NCBI GenBank assembly: GCA_963765575.1
Contig: CAVXWZ010000002.1
Span: 64,001 to 128,000, forward strand
Reading direction: 5' to 3'
From: an uncultured cyanobacterium
Lineage (GTDB): Bacteria > Cyanobacteriota > Cyanobacteriia > PCC-6307 > Cyanobiaceae
DNA: 64,000 bases
A program made the position numbers and the translations under genes. The notes beneath the pieces were generated by a model. The model searched no databases, had not been told where the DNA came from, and saw nothing but the letters and a program-made list of their open reading frames with translations. Positions 57,669 through 64,000 of this stretch are shown piece by piece (within the stretch, counting starts at the first letter, position 1; the number at the start of each line of letters is the position of its first letter).

Positions 57669-58049
57669 TCAGGCCTCGTCGGCAGGCAGGGGCGGCAAGC
57701 CATCACTCGCCGCCGATGGTTCATCACCAAAGAGCGCGTCGTCGGTGAGCGCGTCGTCGGTGAGTTCGTCGTAGAGGAGGTCGAGGCCGATCAGCACCCG
57801 TTCACGGTCACTGAGATCACCAATGATGCGGCGCACTGGCGGTGGCAGGATCTTGGCCAGGGTTGGCGTGGCGAGAATCTTATCTTCCTCCGCCAATTGT
57901 GGACTCTTGAGCACGTCAATCACCTTGAGCGCATAAACGCCACGAAATTCCGTTTCCAGAATGTTGCGCAGGGTCTTGAGTGCGCGCATGGAGCTGGGGG
58001 TGTTCCCAGCGACATACAGCTTGAGGATGTAGGTCTTGCGGGCTGGCAT
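57669..58049 (-). CDS. kaiB: Circadian clock protein KaiB
   Basis: [39 protein letters not shown]. Confidence 0.98.
   Translation of the reverse strand: MPARKTYILKLYVAGNTPSSMRALKTLRNILETEFRGVYALKVIDVLKSPQLAEEDKILATPTLAKILPPPVRRIIGDLSDRERVLIGLDLLYDELTDDALTDDALFGDEPSAASDGLPPLPADEA
57732..57772. repeat. 15-bp tandem repeat in the KaiB acidic tail
   Basis: GAGCGCGTCGTCGGT x2 plus degenerate GAGTTCGTCGT. Confidence 0.85.
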
Positions 58050-58066
58050 GGAGAACGATCCGGATA

Positions 58067-58915
58067 TCAGCGGTCGGGTGGTGATCTGTCGATGGTTGGA
58101 TCGGTCGGGATGGAGCGTCGATACATCTCGCAGAGGTGGGCGAGAACATCCAGCAGTGCCAGGCGATAGTCCTGAAGGAATCCATCCCTATGACCCTCCA
58201 GCTTAAGTTGTTTTGCGAAGGCATCGATCAGGGTCATGTGAATCTCGATGGCCTTCGTAATCGGCAGGTCACTGAAGAAAGCCGTGTTCACGAAGCTTTC
58301 CAGGGCCTGGTTGGCCGCCGCCGGATCCCTGAAATACTGCTGTAGCAGGTCGCGGTAGGTGCGTTGCAGGGAAAGGAGCAGGTCTGCCGAATCCCGGGCG
58401 CTGAGATGGCGCAGGAAGCGCGAGGGGTCGCGCTTGTAGAACACCCCGGCCAGGCCGAGGCGATCCTGCAGGCGATCGGCCAGGCGCCAGTGGTCTGAGT
58501 GGGCGCGGTCGCCGGGCGCATCGGCAGACGTCAGGGAACCTTGCTGACCCTGAATCAGGAAGCGGGATACTGCCGCATCGAGGTTGTAACTGAGCTGCTC
58601 AAGCTGGTCGGCGGGCAGGTGCACCTCCGCCTCGTGCAGATCCACCGTGCCGCCTGGGCTGGCCCCGATCACCACGGCAGGCAGGAGCAGCCCGCACTCC
58701 CCGAGAGCTCGGGCCTGCTCCGGGCTGAGGCGGCCCTGCTCCAGCAGCAGAGCATCGATGGCCTCTCCCTGCTCCTGCAGCACCGCCACCGGATCCTGGC
58801 CGTGGTCACAGCGCACCAGCCGGTAGTGCTTCTGGCCGGCCAGCCAGCGGTCCACCGCGGCCTGCAGGGCCGGGTCGTCCAGCAGCGAAACGACAGTGAG
58901 GGGCGAGGCGGGCAT
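58067..58915 (-). CDS. kaiA: Circadian clock protein KaiA (full length)
   Basis: Pseudo-receiver N-half; [33 protein letters not shown]. Confidence 0.97.
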   Translation of the reverse strand: MPASPLTVVSLLDDPALQAAVDRWLAGQKHYRLVRCDHGQDPVAVLQEQGEAIDALLLEQGRLSPEQARALGECGLLLPAVVIGASPGGTVDLHEAEVHLPADQLEQLSYNLDAAVSRFLIQGQQGSLTSADAPGDRAHSDHWRLADRLQDRLGLAGVFYKRDPSRFLRHLSARDSADLLLSLQRTYRDLLQQYFRDPAAANQALESFVNTAFFSDLPITKAIEIHMTLIDAFAKQLKLEGHRDGFLQDYRLALLDVLAHLCEMYRRSIPTDPTIDRSPPDR

Positions 58916-59173
58916 GGACGGGCCAAAGGAATGCCCCGCAACGGCATGGACGCGGCGGGTCTGACCATGTTGACGAAGGGAGTGCTGGCGGGGGAAACTT
59001 GCTGTTTGTACTAGGAACTGTGCGCCAGGCCGCAATGGCGGCGGCGCTGGCATGGGCTGAGCGGCCTGTCAACACCACCACTGGCTCAGGTCTGCGCCTG
59101 GTTCAGCCCTGGTCTTGGCTCAGCTCTCCCAAAACTCCAGCGCCAGTCCCCAGCCTGGCCACGCCCCGTTGTC

Positions 59174-59560
59174 ATGTCCCAGTCACCGCCCCCTTCCGCC
59201 GGCTCCAGCGCCCCCCAGGCGCCAGCCGCTCCCTACGCCATCGTTGAGGCGTCCGGCCAGCAGTTCTGGCTGCAGCCCAACCGCTACCTCGACCTGGACC
59301 GCATCGCGGCCGATGTGGACAGCACGGTGACCCTGGACACCGTGCTCCTGGTGAACGACGGCACCACCCCCACCCTGGGCCAGCCCTACGTCAAGGGAGC
59401 CAAGGTGGAGCTGAAGGTGATGGCCCACCGCCGCGGCACCAAGATCATCGTCTACAAAATGCGGCCCAAGAAGAAGACCCGGCGCAAGGCTGGACATCGC
59501 CAGGAACTCACCCGGGTGATGGTTCAGTCCATCAGCGTCAATGGCACAGCCCTGGCCTGA
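59174..59560 (+). CDS. rplU: 50S ribosomal protein L21
   Basis: YAIVE..GQQ, GQPYV.GA, KMRPKKKTRRK.GHRQ.LT. Confidence 0.97.
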   Translation: MSQSPPPSAGSSAPQAPAAPYAIVEASGQQFWLQPNRYLDLDRIAADVDSTVTLDTVLLVNDGTTPTLGQPYVKGAKVELKVMAHRRGTKIIVYKMRPKKKTRRKAGHRQELTRVMVQSISVNGTALA

Positions 59561-59628
59561 GCCAGCCATCAGCGCCAGGCAATCCCCACGCCCGGCCACA
59601 ATCCCCCCAATCCTGAGCATCCTTCCCC

Positions 59629-59892
59629 ATGGCCCACAAGAAAGGCACCGGCTCCACCCGTAACGGCCGCGATTCCAACTCCAAGCGTCTCGGCGTCAAG
59701 GCCTACGGCGGCGCAAGCGTCTCCGCCGGCTCGATTCTGATCCGCCAGCGGGGCACGTCCGTGCTGCCCGGCAGCAACGTGGGCCGTGGCTCCGACGACA
59801 CCCTCTTCGCCCTGGTGGATGGGGTGGTGAGCTTCGACTCGATCAAGCGCAACCTGCGCAACCGCAAGCGCATCAACGTGGCGGTGGGCTGA
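59629..59892 (+). CDS. rpmA: 50S ribosomal protein L27
   Basis: [24 protein letters not shown]. Confidence 0.98.
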   Translation: MAHKKGTGSTRNGRDSNSKRLGVKAYGGASVSAGSILIRQRGTSVLPGSNVGRGSDDTLFALVDGVVSFDSIKRNLRNRKRINVAVG

Positions 59893-59907
59893 GGGGAGCC
59901 CCTGGGC

Positions 59908-60738
59908 TCAGGCCAGCCGGTAGGCGCGGGTCGTGATCAGCAGGGGATGGAACACCTCCAGATAGCGGCTCTGGAGGACGCGGAAAAAGGCTTCCACCAG
60001 CTCCGGCTCATCGATGTGGAAGGGATATTCCCCGTGGTGTCCCTTGAAGAAATACCAATTCAGCAGGGCAACGGCGCCGCTCTGCATGCGTCCGGCGAAC
60101 TGCTCGAGCTGGGCCGCCGGATTGGGGAGGTGCTCAAGCACGTCGAGACACACCACGGTGTCGAAACGGCTGGGAAGGCAGGGGTCATCCAGATCGCGCA
60201 CACAACACAGCCTGTCGCCCAGTCCCAACCGCTGGGCGCGGGCCTCCACAAAGCTGCGGTTGTGCGGGTTGAGGTCCACAAACCACACCCGCTCCACCGC
60301 CTCCAGGCCGGCGGCCGCCAGGGCATGGCTGCCGATTCCTCCACCGAAGTCGAGCACCTCGCCGCGGGCGAAGCGCTGCTGCAACCGCAGGGTGTCGGCG
60401 ATGTACTCGGCACTGTCGAGGTGCCAGGCGGCCAGCTCCAGCAGATGGGCCGACCCCACCAGGTCCTCGTAGAAGCTGGTGGCCTGCTGGGGATCGAAGC
60501 TGCCGGGATGCAGGGCGGCCAGCTCGGCGGTGCTGTGGGGCAGTCGGCGCTCCAGTTCGGCGGGCGTCACCCCCAGGTGCTCGGCCAGCTGCTGCCTGAG
60601 CGCAAAGCCATCGCGGAGAAAGTGATCCACCCCGAGCCGATCCGCAGGGCTCTGGTTCGCTGCGGGCGGCGGATCGGCCAACGCCGCAGCGGTGTTGCCT
60701 GTGCTGCTGTCGTCGTCACGCTGCGGATGTTGCGACAC
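59908..60738 (-). CDS. Class I SAM-dependent methyltransferase
   Basis: VLDFGGGIG motif [18 protein letters not shown]. Confidence 0.85.
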   Translation of the reverse strand: MSQHPQRDDDSSTGNTAAALADPPPAANQSPADRLGVDHFLRDGFALRQQLAEHLGVTPAELERRLPHSTAELAALHPGSFDPQQATSFYEDLVGSAHLLELAAWHLDSAEYIADTLRLQQRFARGEVLDFGGGIGSHALAAAGLEAVERVWFVDLNPHNRSFVEARAQRLGLGDRLCCVRDLDDPCLPSRFDTVVCLDVLEHLPNPAAQLEQFAGRMQSGAVALLNWYFFKGHHGEYPFHIDEPELVEAFFRVLQSRYLEVFHPLLITTRAYRLA

Positions 60739-60765
60739 CGCCCCCCTGTTCCGGATCGGCCCAAG

Positions 60766-61473
60766 TTACGCATCCCCCAGTTCCGCCCCGGGCCCCGGCA
60801 CCTCCAGCCAGCGCCGCAGCCAGCCCACAAGCCAGTAGAAGGGCATCGTGTCGATCAGGGCGGCCAGGGCCTTGAACAGGTAGCCGCTGGCGACATAGCT
60901 GGCCAGCTGGGGCAGCACCGGCGCCTCCGCGCGCAGGGGCAGCACGTGGTTGGCGTAGTGGCTGATCAACACCACGGCACTGGTGTCCACCAACTGGCTC
61001 ACCAGGGTGGAGCCGTTGTTGCGCAGCCACAGGGCCTTGCCGTCGCTGACGCGCTTCCAGAAATGAAACAGGCGCACATCGATGAACTGGGCCGCCATGT
61101 AGGCCACCATCGAAGCCCCCACCGCACCGAAGGCCAGCCGCCGCACCTCGAAGAAGGTGGCCTCCGGGGCTCCGGGCAGACCCGGCAGGACGCCTCCCAG
61201 CCAGAGGATCAGCACGATCCAGCCGTTGAGGGCCAGTCCCACCCACACCAGCTGGCTCGCCCGTCGCTCCCCCCAGAGCTCACTGATCAGATCGGTGCAG
61301 AGAAACGTCACCGGGTAGGGCAGGGCCCCCACCGCCACCACGATGGGCCAGGAGCCGATCGACCCGATCTGCAGGAACCGGGTGAGTCCCAGGATGTTGA
61401 GCATCCCCATCGTGCCCAGGAAGATTCCCGCCAACACCAGAAACACCAGCTCACGGCGCTGCTGCAGGGTCAT
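60766..61473 (-). CDS. Queuosine precursor transporter (YhhQ/VUT family)
   Basis: YPVTFL.TD.ISELWG, AS..AY..AQ..DV, LWLRNNGST.VSQL.DT, DT.PFY. Confidence 0.88.
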   Translation of the reverse strand: MTLQQRRELVFLVLAGIFLGTMGMLNILGLTRFLQIGSIGSWPIVVAVGALPYPVTFLCTDLISELWGERRASQLVWVGLALNGWIVLILWLGGVLPGLPGAPEATFFEVRRLAFGAVGASMVAYMAAQFIDVRLFHFWKRVSDGKALWLRNNGSTLVSQLVDTSAVVLISHYANHVLPLRAEAPVLPQLASYVASGYLFKALAALIDTMPFYWLVGWLRRWLEVPGPGAELGDA

Positions 61474-61514
61474 GGCGGTGGGGCATGGCAGCGTTCAGCC
61501 TGACGCGGGGGCCC

Positions 61515-62414
61515 ATGGCTGACCAGCCCTGTGGATTCCTGGTGCTCGACAAGCCGGCGGGGCCCAGCTCCCACGCCTGCGTCAGCCGGGTGCGGCGGGC
61601 CTACGGCCTGCGCCGGGTGGGCCATGGCGGCACCCTTGATCCGGCCGTCACCGGCGTGCTGCCGATCGCCCTGGGCCCCGCCACCCGGCTGCTGCCCTAC
61701 CTCAGCGGCGACAAGACCTACCGGGGCACGGTGCAGCTGGGCCTCACCACCAGCAGTGATGACCTCCAGGGGGAGGTGCTGGAGCGACGCCCCGTCCCCG
61801 GCCTGGATCCGGACGCGATCAACACCGCCCTGGAGCGGTTCCGTGGGCCGATCGCCCAGGTGCCTCCGCAGGTGTCGGCCGTGCATGTGGATGGCCAGCG
61901 GGCCTATCAGCGGGTGCGGCGGGGCGAGACCCTCGCCCTGGCGCCACGGCCGGTGCTGATCCAGCGGCTGGAACTGCTCAGCTGGGACCCCGCCGGCGCC
62001 AGGCTGGAGCTGGAGGTGGCCTGCTCGGCCGGCACCTACATCCGCTCCCTGGCGCGCGACCTGGGGGCCCTGCTGGGCTGCGGCGGCACCCTGGCCAGCC
62101 TGCGCCGCAGCGCCGCCCTCGGGTTCACCCTGGCGCAGGCGGTGCCCCTTGATGCCCTCGAGCAGCTCCCCCGCCCCCCCCTGCTGACGCCCCTGGCGGC
62201 CCTGGCCCATCTGCCCCGACAGCGGCTCAGCCCCGAGCAGCTGGCCGGCTGGCGCTGCGGTCGTCAGCTCGCCGCTGAGCCCCCAGCCACGACGGCTGTG
62301 GCCGAGGGCCAGGCCGTGGTGGTGGTGGCGCCGGATGGCAATCTGGCGGGCATGGCCCGGGCCACCGCCGATGGTCTGCTGCAGCCGAAGCTGGTGCTCG
62401 AGGCGGCCGGGTGA
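61515..62414 (+). CDS. truB: tRNA pseudouridine(55) synthase
   Basis: LDKPAG.SSH, VGHGGTLDP..TGVL, QVPP..SA, CSAGTYIRSLARD. Confidence 0.97.
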   Translation: MADQPCGFLVLDKPAGPSSHACVSRVRRAYGLRRVGHGGTLDPAVTGVLPIALGPATRLLPYLSGDKTYRGTVQLGLTTSSDDLQGEVLERRPVPGLDPDAINTALERFRGPIAQVPPQVSAVHVDGQRAYQRVRRGETLALAPRPVLIQRLELLSWDPAGARLELEVACSAGTYIRSLARDLGALLGCGGTLASLRRSAALGFTLAQAVPLDALEQLPRPPLLTPLAALAHLPRQRLSPEQLAGWRCGRQLAAEPPATTAVAEGQAVVVVAPDGNLAGMARATADGLLQPKLVLEAAG

Positions 62415-62447
62415 TCCCGTTGTTCACTCCCCCCTGGGCTTCCCGCC

Positions 62448-63293
62448 ATGGCCGGCCACAGCAAATGGGCCCAGATCAAGCGCAGCAAGGCGGTGGTCGA
62501 CGCCAAGCGGGGGGCGCTGTTCACCCGCCTGGGGCGGGAGATCATGGTGTCGGCCCGGGCTGGGGCTGATCCGGCGGGCAACTTCCAGTTGCGCACGGCG
62601 ATCGAGAAGGCCAGGGCGGCCGGAATGCCCAACAGCAACATCGAGCGGGCGATCGCCAAGGGCTCAGGCCAGTTGAGCGGCGGGGTCGAGGCCTTCGAGG
62701 CCGTGCGCTACGAGGGCTATGGACCTGGCGGGGTGGCCGTGCTCGTGGAGGCACTCACCGACAACCGCAACCGCACCGCCGCTGACCTGCGACTGGCCTT
62801 CGGCAAGCACGGCGGCAATCTCGGCGAGAGCGGTTGCGTGGGCTATCTGTTCGAAGCGCGCAGCGTGGCGCGGCTGCGGCAGGGCGCTCTCGATGAGGAG
62901 CAGCTGCTGGAGGCCCTGCTGGCCCTGGAGAGCGCAGGGGCCGTGACCGTGCTGGGTTATGAGCTCGGGCTCGACGACGGGGCCGATGGCGAGGCCACTG
63001 ACGAAACTTGTGACAAAGCCGGTGACGCCGCCGCGGGCCGCTGCACCAGCACCGAGGTGTTCGCCCCCTTCGCCCAGCTCGAGGCCCTGCAGGATGGCCT
63101 GAGGCGGCAGGGGCTGGCCGTGGGCAGCTGGGAGCACCGCTGGATTCCACTGGTGGGCTGCCCGCTCAGCGATCCCGGGCAGCTGGGCGCCTGTCTGCGC
63201 ATGCTCGATACCCTCGAGGAGCTCGACGACGTGCGCACGGTCACCAGCAACCTGGAGGCGGAGGGCGCTCTGCTCGACCAACTGCTGGCCTGA
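62448..63293 (+). CDS. yebC: YebC/PmpR family protein
   Basis: [43 protein letters not shown]. Confidence 0.93.
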   Translation: MAGHSKWAQIKRSKAVVDAKRGALFTRLGREIMVSARAGADPAGNFQLRTAIEKARAAGMPNSNIERAIAKGSGQLSGGVEAFEAVRYEGYGPGGVAVLVEALTDNRNRTAADLRLAFGKHGGNLGESGCVGYLFEARSVARLRQGALDEEQLLEALLALESAGAVTVLGYELGLDDGADGEATDETCDKAGDAAAGRCTSTEVFAPFAQLEALQDGLRRQGLAVGSWEHRWIPLVGCPLSDPGQLGACLRMLDTLEELDDVRTVTSNLEAEGALLDQLLA

Positions 63294-63304
63294 GACCGGT
63301 CCCC

Positions 63305-64000
63305 TCAGAGGTCGCTGGCGCTGAGGGCAGCCCGATCGGCGATCACCCGCACCGCCGGGTGGTGCTGCAGCCAGCTGGCCGGCAGCTGCGCTGAGGGCGG
63401 CTCCCGCAGCAGTCGCCGCAGCACCGCGGCCTTGGGAGCGCCGGTGACGACCAGCAGGATGCGCCGGGCCGCCAGGATCTCCGCCAGGCCGAGGGTGATG
63501 GCCCGCGCCGGTACCGCCTCCGGGTCATCCGCGAAGGCGGCGGCGTTGTGCCGGCGCGTGGCGGCGCTGAGCTCGACCGGCCGGCAGGAGCTCGAGGCGG
63601 TGCAGGGGGGTTCGTTGAAGCCCACATGGCCGTTCACCCCCAGGCCCAGCAGCTGCAGACCGATGCCGCCGGCGGCGCGGATCTCGGCGCCATAGCGCCG
63701 GGACTCCGCCGCCGCGTCCGCCGCCCGGCCATCGGGCAGGTGCACCCGGGCGGGATCCAGCTGCAGGGGGCGGGTCAGGCTGGCGGCCATGAAGACCGCG
63801 AAGGATCCGGGATCACCGCTGGGCAGGCCCACATACTCATCGAGGTTGTAACTGCACCAGCCCTGGCGCAGCTGCCGGCGCTGCTCGTCGTTCAGCGCCC
63901 GCACAGCCGCCACCAGGGCGCCGTACACCGGCACCATGGTGCTCCCGGTGGCCAGCCCCAGTGGCTGCGGCTGTGGCGAGAGGCGGTCCGCCAGCACCTG
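63305..64000 (-). CDS. nagB: Glucosamine-6-phosphate deaminase (5' end outside window)
   Basis: LGLATGST, NLDEYVGL, GGI.LQLLG.G.NGH.GFNEP, AITLG. Confidence 0.92.
   Translation of the reverse strand, partial: QVLADRLSPQPQPLGLATGSTMVPVYGALVAAVRALNDEQRRQLRQGWCSYNLDEYVGLPSGDPGSFAVFMAASLTRPLQLDPARVHLPDGRAADAAAESRRYGAEIRAAGGIGLQLLGLGVNGHVGFNEPPCTASSSCRPVELSAATRRHNAAAFADDPEAVPARAITLGLAEILAARRILLVVTGAPKAAVLRRLLREPPSAQLPASWLQHHPAVRVIADRAALSASDL

Overview
GC-rich picocyanobacterial chromosome segment (Cyanobium/Synechococcus cluster-5 type, inferred from the 16S/ITS layout, glucosylglycerol-phosphate phosphatase, Fe-SOD and complete kaiABC). It is mostly core genome: cbiET, GH116 glucosidase, ribD, ftsH, argF, lexA, tRNA-Ala, lnt, sodB, queA, pdhC, aas/lipB, hpf-deoC-recO-MFS-GT4, a full minus-strand rRNA operon (16S-tRNAIle-tRNAAla-23S-5S) between tyrS and pyrF, pepA, the purC-bamA-lpxC-fabZ-lpxA-lpxB-msrA cluster, purD-nblS, kaiABC, rplU-rpmA, truB, yebC and nagB. 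I see no IS, integrase, prophage or CRISPR array. Five conserved genes (ribD, FKBP PPIase, ggpP/stpA, the GT4 gene, bamA) are broken by frameshifts. Three are 1-nt losses in homopolymer runs, so these are most likely long-read consensus errors. No clearly novel multi-gene system can be demonstrated from the sequence alone. The best leads are: a multi-hairpin non-coding region after tRNA-Ala; beta-clamp-like QxxLF/QLSFF motifs on an SRAP protein and on a GIY-YIG nuclease next to an HhH protein; a rhomboid protease followed by a zinc-ribbon membrane protein; a G.U-rich hairpin before ftsH; and low-GC codon usage in kaiBC. All product calls come from motif recognition by eye, not database searches, and many start codons are approximate.
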